64,000 nt of DNA from Parcubacteria group bacterium (GCA_016188775.1 JACPHC010000007.1:28097-92096), one strand, 5' to 3'. Positions 1 to 9,391 are shown, numbered from the stretch's first letter. Notes: a model not told the origin generated them from the sequence alone. Translations and numbers: made by a program.

Positions 1-622
1 TTCGCGAATTTTTTGGCGGGCTCTGTTTTTCTACGATGGGAATTTTTCGGTCGAACCTCTCCATTATCCGGTTTCAATGGACGCGCCGCTGGCTGATAAA
101 TTTTATCAAACCGCGGTTAATGTTTATAAACAGCAAAGAAGGTGGGGTTGGGGCGTTGAAAACGCGCCTTATATTATTTTTGGTTTTTTCAAAAATAAAA
201 AAATTCCTTTTTTGACCAAGCTTTATTTCAGTTTTAATCAATTGGAGGGCTTTTGGTCTTGGAGCACCAACGCTCTAATAATTTATTTTTTAGGCTGGCT
301 GCCTTTATTTTTGGGCGGATTAAAATTTAATCAGACGATTTTGGCCAAAAGTTTACCACAAATCACGAAAATTTTAATGACTTTGGCTCTCGTCGGCGCG
401 CTCAGTTCCGCGATTTACAGCACCCGGCTTCTGCCGGAAAAAAAAGATAAAAGTATTTGGCAATATTTTTCAGTTTTTCTTCAATGGATTTTACTGCCCC
501 TGACGATTATGATTTTTGGAGCCATTCCCGGCCTGGAAGCTCAAACCCGATTAATGCTCGGCCGATATATGGGATTTTGGGTCACGCCGAAAATTCGGAA
601 AAATGAAAATTATTCCAAATAA
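1..622 (+). CDS. C-terminal fragment of a family-2 glycosyltransferase (processive, cellulose-synthase-like); the gene begins upstream of the window
   Basis: The reading frame is open from position 1. A QQRRW (QxxRW) motif is followed by hydrophobic helices. The listed ORF at 77..622 is only the internal-Met part. Confidence 0.5.
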   Translation, partial: SRIFWRALFFYDGNFSVEPLHYPVSMDAPLADKFYQTAVNVYKQQRRWGWGVENAPYIIFGFFKNKKIPFLTKLYFSFNQLEGFWSWSTNALIIYFLGWLPLFLGGLKFNQTILAKSLPQITKILMTLALVGALSSAIYSTRLLPEKKDKSIWQYFSVFLQWILLPLTIMIFGAIPGLEAQTRLMLGRYMGFWVTPKIRKNENYSK

Positions 623-2686
623 TTATTCCAAATGAAGAATTTTTTGGAATCGTTCCGTCCCTTTCTGAAGCAGGGGATAGTTTTTTAAAACGGGATCGGA
701 TTTTAATATTTTTAAGGCCGATTCTCTGGCCATTTTTATCAAATCAATATCTTTTAGCGAAGCCATGGCCAGATCCGGCAGGCCGGATTGGCGAACGCCG
801 GCCAAATCGCCCGGTCCCCGCAAAACTAGATCTCTTTCCGCCAGATCAAAACCGGAGTCAAATTTTTCCAGAGCTTTTAGCCGTTCCATCGAGTTTTTGG
901 CCGGCGATTCGGTCAGTAAAAAACAATAAGACTGGTGAGGGCCTCGGCCGACCCGGCCCCGGAATTGATGAAGCTGGGCCAGGCCGAAATGTTCCGCGCC
1001 TTCGATCATCATTATTGAAGCGTTCGGGATGTCAATACCGACTTCAACCACTGAAGTGGAAACCAAAATTTGAATTTCGCCTCGAGTAAATTTTTTCATA
1101 ATGGCCTCTTTTTCTTTTGATTTTAATTGGCCGTGGAGCATTGCTATTTTTAAATCCGGAAAAATTTCGCCTGATAATTTTTTGTATTCATTTTTGACCG
1201 CTTTAACCTCGGACATTAAAAGATCATCCCAAGAAGCCTGCCTCGGCATAAAATCTTCAAAATTTTCTTTTATTTTTTCTTCTATCCGCGGACAGATGAC
1301 GAAAACCTGCCGGTTCGCTTCAATTTCTTTTCGGATAAAATCGTAGGCGGCTTTTCTTTTTTCCGGCGGCACGATTTTGGTAATGATTTTTTTTCTGGCT
1401 TTGGGCATTTCTTTAATAAGTGAAATATCCAGATCGCCCCAGACGGCCAAAGCCACGGTGCGGGGAATCGGGGTGGCGCTCATTGAAAGAAAATGAGGGA
1501 CGAGTTTTTGGCTTTTGATCAGAGCGTGCCGTTGCGAGACGCCAAAGCGATGCTGTTCGTCAATAATGACCAGTCCGATATTTTTTAAATTAACGCTTTG
1601 GCTGATTAAGGCGTGAGTGCCGATTAAAAGTTCGGCGTCAAGATTTTCTTTTTTGGAAGAGGTAGCAATGCCGACGCTGTATTTTTTTTCTTGTCTGGCC
1701 ATTATTTCTTTGGCGGTTTTGAAATGCTGTTGGGCCAGTATTTCCGTCGGGCTCATTAAAACCGCCCGATAATTTTGATTCAGGACGGCCATAGCCGCGG
1801 CCAAAGCCACGATAGTTTTGCCGGAGCCGACATCGCCTTGAAGCAGCCGGTTCATCGGATAGGGCTTGTTTAAATCTTGAATGATTTCCCAGAGACTGTT
1901 TTTCTGATCCGGGGTCAGTTCAAAAGGCAGAGTTTTTAAAAATTTTTTTATTAGTTCAATATTAATTGGGATTTGGGGCGATTTTTCTTGGGCCAGTTTG
2001 TGTTTATTTTTTAAAAAAGCCAGCTGAATAAAAAATAATTCTTCAAAAGCGAATCGGCGTTTGGCAATTTCGGCCTCTTGGAAATTTTTCGGGAAGTGGA
2101 TTTGATTTAAAGCCCGCGGCAAATCAATGATTTTTGTCTTTTGTTTTAATTCGTTGGGCAAGGGATCGGGAATGGATTTTATCATTGGAAGCAAGGAACG
2201 AATATAAGTTCTTAGCCATCGGGAAGAGAGTCCCTGCGTTTCCGGGTAGATCGGCGCCAGCCGGGCCGTGTGTGTATTATTCAAGGCGTTTTCATAGGCC
2301 GGATTGGAAAGATAAAGCTCTTCGTCGCGGAAAGCGGTTTTTCCGGAGAGGCTTAAAATCAAGCCGGGTAAAAATGTTTTGGCCAGGTAGGGCTGGTTAA
2401 ACCAGATGGCTTTGATTTGTCCGGTTTGGTCTTCCAGTAAAGCCTCGGTTAGAATCATTCGTTTTTTCCAAGTTCTGACGGTGTTAATTTGTATTATTTT
2501 CGCTTTAATCGAAGCCGTCTCGCCTAAAACTAAATCAGCGATGTTTTTTTGATTGGAAAAATCTTCGTAGCGGTGAGGAAAATGCCACAAAAGATCGCGG
2601 ATAGTTTTAATTCCCAAGCGGTTAAGCCGTTTTTCAACAGCCGGCCCAATCTTGGTTAAAGTTTTGATGGAAGATTCAAGATTCAT
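623..2686 (-). CDS. recG: ATP-dependent DNA helicase RecG
   Basis: Walker A GDVGSGKT and DEQHRFG (DEAH-box) motifs, a wedge/OB-fold N-terminus and a helicase C-terminus; 687 aa. Confidence 0.9.
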   Translation of the reverse strand: MNLESSIKTLTKIGPAVEKRLNRLGIKTIRDLLWHFPHRYEDFSNQKNIADLVLGETASIKAKIIQINTVRTWKKRMILTEALLEDQTGQIKAIWFNQPYLAKTFLPGLILSLSGKTAFRDEELYLSNPAYENALNNTHTARLAPIYPETQGLSSRWLRTYIRSLLPMIKSIPDPLPNELKQKTKIIDLPRALNQIHFPKNFQEAEIAKRRFAFEELFFIQLAFLKNKHKLAQEKSPQIPINIELIKKFLKTLPFELTPDQKNSLWEIIQDLNKPYPMNRLLQGDVGSGKTIVALAAAMAVLNQNYRAVLMSPTEILAQQHFKTAKEIMARQEKKYSVGIATSSKKENLDAELLIGTHALISQSVNLKNIGLVIIDEQHRFGVSQRHALIKSQKLVPHFLSMSATPIPRTVALAVWGDLDISLIKEMPKARKKIITKIVPPEKRKAAYDFIRKEIEANRQVFVICPRIEEKIKENFEDFMPRQASWDDLLMSEVKAVKNEYKKLSGEIFPDLKIAMLHGQLKSKEKEAIMKKFTRGEIQILVSTSVVEVGIDIPNASIMMIEGAEHFGLAQLHQFRGRVGRGPHQSYCFLLTESPAKNSMERLKALEKFDSGFDLAERDLVLRGPGDLAGVRQSGLPDLAMASLKDIDLIKMARESALKILKSDPVLKNYPLLQKGTERFQKILHLE

Positions 2687-2700
2687 TTATCCTGAAACTA

Positions 2701-2730
2701 ACAAAAAATAGCTGGAAAATCCAGCTATTT
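2701..2730 (-). terminator. Rho-independent terminator hairpin (aaatagctgg/ccagctattt), followed on the minus strand by a T-tract
   Basis: A 10-bp stem followed by TTTTTGT, read on the minus strand downstream of tRNA-Arg. Confidence 0.4.
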
Positions 2731-2759
2731 TGTTTCAATTTATTTCTTTTAATTTATTT

Positions 2760-2791
2760 TAGCACTTAATTGCTATCGCTTATAAATGCTA
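2760..2791. repeat. 32-bp palindromic element TAGCACTTA-N13-TAAATGCTA (copy 1 of 3)
   Basis: Near-identical copies at 31724..31755 and 36524..36555. All three sit next to stable-RNA genes. Confidence 0.6.
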
Positions 2792-2818
2792 AATAAATTA
2801 TTGGAAATTATACATATA

Positions 2819-2890
2819 TGCCCCTGCGAGGAATCGGACCTCGATCTCGGGCTCCGCAAACCCACACTCTATCCATTGAGCTACAGGGGC
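2819..2890 (-). tRNA. tRNA-Arg (anticodon GCG)
   Basis: Manual cloverleaf: acceptor GCCCCTG/CAGGGGC, D-stem GCTC/GAGT, anticodon loop TTGCGGA, T-stem CGAGG/CCTCG; CCA is not encoded. The anticodon stem has two G·U pairs and the T-loop has C at position 55. Confidence 0.65.
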
Positions 2891-2894
2891 AAAA

Positions 2895-3410
2895 TTAAAG
2901 TTTTAATTTTTTAACGATAATATCAGTTAAACCTTCTTCCTGCTCTTTTTCCAACAGAAATTTTAAAAGGAATTCCCGAACTTGAAGCGGTTCTTGGTTC
3001 CCTAGCGGAATTTTAATATAAGGAGTTAACGTGTTTTTGCTTTCCAGGCTTAAAGTCGGCGGTTCGTTAAAAATCCAAAAAGACTCCAACTCGTTAAATT
3101 TGTAATGCCGGCTGCCTATCGCAATGCCGTTTGGGGATATTTGGAAATTATAAATTTTTGGCTGTTTTTTATTTTCAAAATAAAAAATCGCGGTAAAAAG
3201 AAAAAAAACCAGAGCGCCCAAATAATTTTTGAAAATAATGGAAATAATAATTAAAGTGGCCGCGCTAATGCCGGCGATCCAATACCAATTTTTCCCCCGC
3301 TCTTTTTTTTCAAAATCCGGGCCTTGCCATTCAAACATTTGATCCGACGAGGCGGCAATTTCAGTTGCTATCTCGGGGGTAGATTGATTTTTCTCAGTTT
3401 CAATATCCAT
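2895..3410 (-). CDS. hypothetical membrane protein
   Basis: 171-aa ORF with two predicted transmembrane helices and no recognisable domain. Confidence 0.4.
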   Translation of the reverse strand: MDIETEKNQSTPEIATEIAASSDQMFEWQGPDFEKKERGKNWYWIAGISAATLIIISIIFKNYLGALVFFLFTAIFYFENKKQPKIYNFQISPNGIAIGSRHYKFNELESFWIFNEPPTLSLESKNTLTPYIKIPLGNQEPLQVREFLLKFLLEKEQEEGLTDIIVKKLKL

Positions 3411-3478
3411 AATGCTAATTTATCACGAGAGGTCTAAAAAATCAATTTTAAAGACCCTACGAGGCATAGGGTCTTATT

Positions 3479-4654
3479 TTATTTAACATAAATTGGATTG
3501 GAAATTATCCAGGGATACCAAGAGCCGGCGATTTGCCGTTCCACTTCAACACGGTAAACGCCCGGCATTCCAATATGGGTTGTCAACGAAGCTGTTATGT
3601 TTTCGTCAATCACTTGGCCGTTTCGGAAGAAACGAATTTTCCCTTTTTGGGTAAGCCGAGTTTCAAAACGTATCATAAAGGCCGTGTCTTCGAGATTCGC
3701 CGTGCCTCCCATCATAAATATTTTGTCCTCTCCCTTTTTAGAAAGAAATTCCGCGTAGAAATTTAACTCATTAAAATTTCCGCCATTAACAATATCGAAT
3801 GAAATATAAGTTCGGCCATTTTTCAGAGCTTCCAGCACCGCGGCTTCTCTTAATTCCGGAGCCTGAACATGAACGCTGACCATATTGAAACTTAACCAAT
3901 ACGGATCCAGTTGCTTTCCCCAAATTTTTACATTTTGATGAGTGTCGTTTCCGGCAATGGCCGTGACGTGGCGGTTTTTTAGATTTTCATCCCATTTTTT
4001 TAAGGCGTTATCAGGCCGATCAAGGATTTGAAGAAAAATTTCTTTTTGATAATTTTTCCAGCAACATAAAATTCTGAAAATATGCCCGGGCCATTTCCAA
4101 AAAGGTTCGGTTAGCGCGTCATCAAAAATGTCGTAAATCTCAATAGCATCATAATCGGCAATTTCAAAATTTTTGTAAAGATAATCCGGATGGGCGATAG
4201 CGATTAAAGAATTTTGACCGCGAAGCTCTTCGGTTATTTCTTCCCAAGTCAATTTGCTTTTATCTATAAATTTTTTGGGCGCGATGGCGAGGATATCGGT
4301 TTTATCTTTGATAATTTCCGTCCCACGAATGAAAAGAATTCCGTCAATCAGTCCTTGAGGCTGGTCTCGAAATATTTTTTGATCGTTGTGATCGTTTAAA
4401 ATGACAAAATCCAAATTATTTTGATGAGCCGCGGCGATTATTTCATCAATTTTCCCTTCGCTGTCATGAGAAATGGAAGTATGGACATGAATAACGCCTT
4501 TATAATCATTGAGTTTAATAGGGTATAATGATCTATTCCTTATGCTAAAATTTTCTAAATCTTTTTTAATCGCTTCTAAATTTCCAGCGCAACCAAAAAT
4601 CAAAAATATGTTAATCAGGCTTAAAGCCGAAATGATAAATTTTTTAAAGAACAT
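3479..4654 (-). CDS. PHP-domain metal-dependent phosphoesterase, probable lipoprotein
   Basis: HVHTSISHD...NDHN polymerase/histidinol-phosphatase motifs; N-terminal signal with a lipobox-like LIFGC. Confidence 0.6.
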   Translation of the reverse strand: MFFKKFIISALSLINIFLIFGCAGNLEAIKKDLENFSIRNRSLYPIKLNDYKGVIHVHTSISHDSEGKIDEIIAAAHQNNLDFVILNDHNDQKIFRDQPQGLIDGILFIRGTEIIKDKTDILAIAPKKFIDKSKLTWEEITEELRGQNSLIAIAHPDYLYKNFEIADYDAIEIYDIFDDALTEPFWKWPGHIFRILCCWKNYQKEIFLQILDRPDNALKKWDENLKNRHVTAIAGNDTHQNVKIWGKQLDPYWLSFNMVSVHVQAPELREAAVLEALKNGRTYISFDIVNGGNFNELNFYAEFLSKKGEDKIFMMGGTANLEDTAFMIRFETRLTQKGKIRFFRNGQVIDENITASLTTHIGMPGVYRVEVERQIAGSWYPWIISNPIYVK

Positions 4655-4687
4655 TCATTCCTCCTTGCCCTTCCGTAGTGAGGGCTT

Positions 4688-5074
4688 TTATTTCGCTTCG
4701 TTATAATATTTAATAACTTTTTCAATTATCGTGTCAATTCTGGCGTTGGCTTTGATTAAAAAATCCGCTATTCCCAGAGCTTTAATTTTATCCACGTCGG
4801 CCATTTGGCTTAAATTAGAAATAACGATCACAGGGACGCTTTTCCAGCTTTCAATTTTTTTTATTTCCGAAAGTATTTCAAACCCGGACGCTCCGGGAAG
4901 CATCAAATCAAGGATAATCACGGTCGGCGGATTGCTTTTCGGGTCTTTTATGTAATTAAGCGCTTCTTTGCCGTTAATCAAAGGTTTTACCATCGCGTTT
5001 TGCTTGGCAAATTTAAGTTGGTAAGCCCTTTGGACCGATTGGTCGTCTTCAATTATGAGAATGTATTTTTCCAT
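4688..5074 (-). CDS. single-domain response regulator (receiver only)
   Basis: CheY-like fold with the DD...D...K residues. It is a close paralogue of the response regulator at 8058..8447. Its start overlaps the stop of the upstream response regulator by 1 nt. Confidence 0.8.
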   Translation of the reverse strand: MEKYILIIEDDQSVQRAYQLKFAKQNAMVKPLINGKEALNYIKDPKSNPPTVIILDLMLPGASGFEILSEIKKIESWKSVPVIVISNLSQMADVDKIKALGIADFLIKANARIDTIIEKVIKYYNEAK

Positions 5075-5460
5075 TACGCTTTTCCTTTATCCATTAACAT
5101 TGAAACTTCATTTATAAGGTTATCAAGTTTCCATTCGCTTTTGACAAAATATTCCAGGACCGAGAGTTTTTTAACTTCGTCTTTGGTGTCAAAGGTGCCG
5201 GAGACCGAGACAACCACCACTTTTTTGTCTTTTAATTCCGGTTCCCCCCTTAATTTTTTCAAAAAATCAAAGCCGGACATTTTGGGCAGCCGTAAATCAA
5301 GCCAAATAAGATCGATTTTTTCCGTTTTAAGCGAATTCATCGCTTCTTCGGCGGTGAAAGCGGAAAATGTTTTAAAGCCTTTTTCTTTAAGTCTTTCCAC
5401 GATAATTGAATTTAAGGCTTTTTCATCTTCAACAACAAGAATTGTTTTCACGTTTTCCAT
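5074..5460 (-). CDS. single-domain response regulator (receiver only)
   Basis: VVEDE...DLIWLDLRLPKMSGFDFL receiver motifs; 128 aa. Confidence 0.8.
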   Translation of the reverse strand: MENVKTILVVEDEKALNSIIVERLKEKGFKTFSAFTAEEAMNSLKTEKIDLIWLDLRLPKMSGFDFLKKLRGEPELKDKKVVVVSVSGTFDTKDEVKKLSVLEYFVKSEWKLDNLINEVSMLMDKGKA

Positions 5461-5488
5461 AAAAATTTATTTTTTTCGTTTTATTAAA

Positions 5489-7342
5489 TCAAGCTAAAGA
5501 GATAGTAAAATAAAAAGTCGCGCCTTTGCCTTCTTCGGATTCAAACCAAATTTTTCCTTCCCATAATTCCACCAATTTTTTGATCAAAGCCAGACCCAAG
5601 CCGTTGCCTTCGGGTATTTCAGTTACGGCGTTGTCGGCTCTGAAAAATTTTTCAAAAATATTTTTTTGCTGTTCTTTCGGTATTCCGATCCCGTTATCTT
5701 TAACCGAATAAATCAAAGTGTTTTCCGTTGCCGGGTCTTTTTCTATTTTTATTTCTATCGCGCCGTCTGTCCGCGTGTAATTTATCGCGTTTGAAAGAAG
5801 ATTAGTTATGACTTGCTCAAGCATAGTCAGGTCGGCCAGGGCATTTGCCAATTCTTTCGGGGGTTCGATAAAATTAACTTTGTGGTTTTTATTTTTAATA
5901 AGAGGGGAAAGATTTTTGACGATGTTATTCGTAACGTCCGAGAGATTAAGGCTAGTCATTTCATTTTTAATTCTGCCGCCTTCTATTCGCGCCAGAGACA
6001 AAAGCATATTAATGGTTTCGTTAAGCTTTAAAATTCCGGCATAAATTTGGCCAACGAAGTTTTTTTGGTCTTCATTAAGGGGCCCGGCATCTTCGCTTTC
6101 TATCATTTCGGTGTACCACCTCATGGTTGTCAGAGGAGTGCGCAACTGGTGGGAAGCGACGGAAATAAAACTGCTTTTCGTTTCGTCAATCTTTTTTTCT
6201 TCTTCGTTGTCCCTGAAAACGATTATGGCTCCGGTTATTCGCCCGGCCTCGTCTTTAAACGGAGCGGCTGTCAGAACAACGGGGAGTCTTTTTCCGGCCT
6301 TAGTTTCAAAATAATAATCGTCTTTTAACGATATTTCCATCGGTTTTCCGGTTTTTAACACGATTGCCGCGGGTCTTTTTTCTTCTTCTATTTTTTTTGA
6401 TCCCTGATAAACAAAAAAAACATCGCTGATTTTTTTTTCAACCGCGTCCGCTGTTTTAATTTCAAGAAGTTTTTCGCCTTTTTGATTGATGAGCGCGATT
6501 TTGAAAGACGAATCAATCAAAAGAACGCCGTCATCCATTGAAGAAATTAAAGTTTTAAACCGTTCGTATTCGTTTCTTATGTTTAACAGAGAGGTTTTTA
6601 GCTTAAGGCGCATATTGTCAAAATCGCCGATAAATTTTCCAAGCTCGTCATTTGATTTGTACGCGATTTTAAAATCAAAATTCTCTTTGCCGATGGCTTC
6701 GGAGCCTTTTTCAAGGATTTTTATCGGATTTTTAATGAATATTTGGAAAATAATGAAAATAGCGATAAAAATAAAAGCCCCGCCGATTCCAAGCGCTAAA
6801 ATAATGTTGTTAATTTGCGTCGTTATCGGGTTTAAAACGGCGTCAAGGACATCGTGAATTTCCACAACGCCCATAATTTGGCCGTTAATATTTATCGGGA
6901 TATAAATATCGAGAAAATCTCCGATTTCTGTTTCTTTAGGCTCGTTTTCATCTTCTTTTTTTTCTTCAAAAAACGATTTTTTTTCTTCCAGCGCGCGGCT
7001 GACATCCCGATGTTTCGGAAAATTTAGTCCGATCAAAGACTTGATGCTGGAAAATAATATTTTTTTATCGGCGCTCCAAATAGAAAAGCGGACTGTCCCC
7101 GGCGTCTTGATGTCTTCGCTGAAAATTTTGAATTTTTCCCGACTGGCCAGATCTTCCGGGTTAGAAAAATTTTCAGACAGAAGTTTTTCTTTTACCTTTT
7201 TATTTACCGTTTCGTTAATTCTTAAAAATTCCTCCTTGATAAATGAATTTTTTAATTGCTGGCGGATAAAAAAACCGATAATGGCAATAATGAAAATTAA
7301 AATTGCGATAACCGGTATCGTTATTTTATAGATAAGTTTCAT
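5489..7342 (-). CDS. sensor histidine kinase: two transmembrane helices, an extracytoplasmic sensor domain, HAMP, PAS, and HisKA-HATPase
   Basis: H-box SHQLRTPLT and N/G boxes (NLLSNAINYT, DNGIGI, GNGLGLALIKKL); two transmembrane helices flank a periplasmic domain of about 150 aa. Confidence 0.85.
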   Translation of the reverse strand: MKLIYKITIPVIAILIFIIAIIGFFIRQQLKNSFIKEEFLRINETVNKKVKEKLLSENFSNPEDLASREKFKIFSEDIKTPGTVRFSIWSADKKILFSSIKSLIGLNFPKHRDVSRALEEKKSFFEEKKEDENEPKETEIGDFLDIYIPININGQIMGVVEIHDVLDAVLNPITTQINNIILALGIGGAFIFIAIFIIFQIFIKNPIKILEKGSEAIGKENFDFKIAYKSNDELGKFIGDFDNMRLKLKTSLLNIRNEYERFKTLISSMDDGVLLIDSSFKIALINQKGEKLLEIKTADAVEKKISDVFFVYQGSKKIEEEKRPAAIVLKTGKPMEISLKDDYYFETKAGKRLPVVLTAAPFKDEAGRITGAIIVFRDNEEEKKIDETKSSFISVASHQLRTPLTTMRWYTEMIESEDAGPLNEDQKNFVGQIYAGILKLNETINMLLSLARIEGGRIKNEMTSLNLSDVTNNIVKNLSPLIKNKNHKVNFIEPPKELANALADLTMLEQVITNLLSNAINYTRTDGAIEIKIEKDPATENTLIYSVKDNGIGIPKEQQKNIFEKFFRADNAVTEIPEGNGLGLALIKKLVELWEGKIWFESEEGKGATFYFTISLA

Positions 7343-7354
7343 CCAAAAAATTTA

Positions 7355-7975
7355 TTAAATTTTTTTGAGAATCATTTTAATTACTAAAATCGAAACGATA
7401 AATCCGGCGGCGAGTTCAACAATGATTTTAGCGCCATTTTTAATGAAAGCGTTATTGATGTCTTTTTTTGTTTGGTTAAATGTTTGATAAATTTCCATAA
7501 CGCCCAAAACATTTTTCTGGCTATCAAGAATTGGGACGTAAGTTTCGGTAAATTCCGTATATTGTCGTTCGCTGGTTCTTTCAGCTTTAGAAAGCGATTT
7601 AAATTCAAACGCCGTTTCTCCGTCCAGGGCCTCTTTTACTTCATCGTTATCCGCGGCTTTCTCGCCGATAATTTCCGTAAGATTTGACCAGATTATTTTT
7701 GGTTCGCGGTCGTAAATTTTTATCCGAAAAAGCCTTGACGATTGGATTTTATCGAAGAAATTTTCAAAGACTCGCGCTTGCTCCTGCGTGGTTTTTTGCC
7801 AGACGGATTGGTCAATTAAAACGCTGGCTTGTTCTTGAATGAATTTTTCATTATCTTCTTTTAGATCGTCAATCGCTTCGTTTTTTATATTGTTGTAGCT
7901 TTTATAAAGCCAAAATCCGCCGCCTAAAATTGTTATAGCGGCTAAAATTAAAATAATTTTTAAATACTTGCTCAT
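7355..7975 (-). CDS. stand-alone membrane-anchored sensor-domain protein, paralogous to the periplasmic domain of the adjacent kinase
   Basis: Two transmembrane helices flank a domain that aligns with the kinase N-terminus (RFSIWSADKKILFSS vs RIKIYDREPKIIWSN; IYIPININGQIMGVVEIHDV vs TYVPILDSQKNVLGVMEIYQTF). It has no kinase core. Confidence 0.55.
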   Translation of the reverse strand: MSKYLKIILILAAITILGGGFWLYKSYNNIKNEAIDDLKEDNEKFIQEQASVLIDQSVWQKTTQEQARVFENFFDKIQSSRLFRIKIYDREPKIIWSNLTEIIGEKAADNDEVKEALDGETAFEFKSLSKAERTSERQYTEFTETYVPILDSQKNVLGVMEIYQTFNQTKKDINNAFIKNGAKIIVELAAGFIVSILVIKMILKKI

Positions 7976-8057
7976 ATTTATTTGAATTAATTATATGTAA
8001 ATTTTTATCGACCCCATAGTCATCTATAATAATAGCGAATATTTTTTATCGTATCAA

Positions 8058-8447
8058 TCAATCCTTCGCTTCGTTATAGTATTTAATAACAAGCTCGATC
8101 ATTTCGTCAATTCTAGTGTCGGCTTTGATTAAAAATTTTTTAATGCCCAGCGCTTTGACTTTTTCAATATCAGCGGCCTGGCTTAGATTGGAGAGCACCA
8201 GAACTGTCGCGTCTTTCCAGCCGTCTCGTTTTTTAATTTCCGAAAGAATTTGGAAACCCGAAGCGCGAGGCAACATCAAGTCAAGTATAATCACGGCCGG
8301 CGGTTCGTTTTTTAGGTTTTTGACGAAATCAATCGCTTCTTGTCCGTCCAAAACGGCTTTAAACGGCAAATTGTTTTTAGCGAATTTTAATTGATAGGCT
8401 TTTTGAATGACCGGATCGTCTTCAATTATGAAAATGTATTTATTCAT
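8058..8447 (-). CDS. single-domain response regulator (receiver only)
   Basis: Starts at MNKYIFIIEDD. The longer listed ORF at 8058..8672 runs into tRNA-Ser and is not real. The protein is highly similar to the one at 4688..5074. Confidence 0.8.
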   Translation of the reverse strand: MNKYIFIIEDDPVIQKAYQLKFAKNNLPFKAVLDGQEAIDFVKNLKNEPPAVIILDLMLPRASGFQILSEIKKRDGWKDATVLVLSNLSQAADIEKVKALGIKKFLIKADTRIDEMIELVIKYYNEAKD

Positions 8448-8537
8448 TGGCGGAGGGTGCAGGATTTGAACCTGCGAGGAGCTTTCGCCCCAACTGGTTT
8501 TCAAGACCAGCGCCATAAACCGCTCGGCCAACCCTCC
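8448..8537 (-). tRNA. tRNA-Ser (anticodon TGA), class II with a long variable arm; CCA encoded
   Basis: Cloverleaf GGAGGGT...CTGGT-CTTGAAA-ACCAG...GCAGG-TTCAAAT-CCTGC-ACCCTCC-G-CCA. Confidence 0.8.
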
Positions 8538-8632
8538 GTTTAAACCACTTCCGCCCAAGACGAACCAGCCTTGGGCTGACAGGCGCGTCTCCGTAATTTT
8601 AAAATTATCATTTATCATCGTTTTAATCAAAT

Positions 8633-8688
8633 AAAGCATCCGCGCCACCCTACGGGTGGCGCGGTATTGCAATAATGCTTTGTTATGA
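8633..8688 (+). repeat. GC-rich hairpin repeat (core copy A): AAAGCATCCGCGCC-loop-GGCGCGG..ATAATGCTTTGTTATGA
   Basis: Related copies at 19515, 42873 (minus) and 58080 (minus). GC-rich stem in an AT-rich genome. Confidence 0.6.
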
Positions 8689-8731
8689 GCGGCTTGATTT
8701 TATCGCGCCGCTGATAGTTTAAACCTATTAC

Positions 8732-9382
8732 TTATTTTTTTTCCAATTTTCCGTTGTTTAAATAATAAAGCGTGTCGCCGAGGTTTTTGGCGTCAGTCGG
8801 GTCGTGAGTGATAATAATGGCTGGCAGACGCAATTTTTTGATGAGCGCTCTAAGCTCTCGGCCCACCGATTCTTTTGTTTCAATATCAATCGCGGAAAGC
8901 GGCTCGTCAAGAAGAAATAATTTGGGCTGTATGGCCAGCGCTCTGGCCAGAGCCACGCGCTGTTTCTCTCCGCCGGAAATTTTTTCAACGTTTCGTTGGC
9001 CAAGTTCGTCGGGCAGTTCCGCGATTTTCAAAAGTTCTCTCACTTTTTTTTTTCGCGCCTCGGCGTCTTGTCCGCGGACGGCTAAACCAAAGCCGATGTT
9101 GTCTTGGACGGAAAGATGCGGAAAGAGTCCGTAATCTTGCGGGACATAGGCGATCTGTTTTTTTTCTATGGGCAAGGAAATTATATTTTGACCGTCAAAG
9201 GAAATTTCTCCCGCTTCAGGAACAATAAACCCCAAAATGCATAAAAGAAGCGTAGTTTTTCCAGAACCGGATTTGCCCATAACCGCGACAATTTCATTTT
9301 CATTGACCGCAAGATTAAGCCCGTCAAGAATTTTTTTATCATTATAGGATTTTGTCAGATTTTTTATTGTCAGCATTGGCAT
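8732..9382 (-). CDS. ABC transporter ATP-binding protein (CysA/ModC/TupC-like importer ATPase, no C-terminal regulatory domain)
   Basis: Walker A GKSGSGKTT, signature LSGGEKQRVALARA, Walker B LLLDEP. Confidence 0.85.
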   Translation of the reverse strand: MPMLTIKNLTKSYNDKKILDGLNLAVNENEIVAVMGKSGSGKTTLLLCILGFIVPEAGEISFDGQNIISLPIEKKQIAYVPQDYGLFPHLSVQDNIGFGLAVRGQDAEARKKKVRELLKIAELPDELGQRNVEKISGGEKQRVALARALAIQPKLFLLDEPLSAIDIETKESVGRELRALIKKLRLPAIIITHDPTDAKNLGDTLYYLNNGKLEKK

Positions 9383-9391
9383 AAAAATAAT

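Noticed and set aside
1101-2400. Short plus-strand ORFs antisense to recG (1101..1346, 2134..2400), and similar antisense ORFs inside the kinase, pilB, the giant protein and other long genes
   Set aside because: They are embedded in the opposite strand of well-supported long genes and are typical shadow ORFs. They have no domain signal.
8448-8672. N-terminal 75 codons of the listed ORF 8058..8672
   Set aside because: This stretch is entirely overlapped by tRNA-Ser(TGA) and a repeat element. The receiver domain begins at the internal Met (MNKYIFIIEDD), so the gene is called as 8058..8447.
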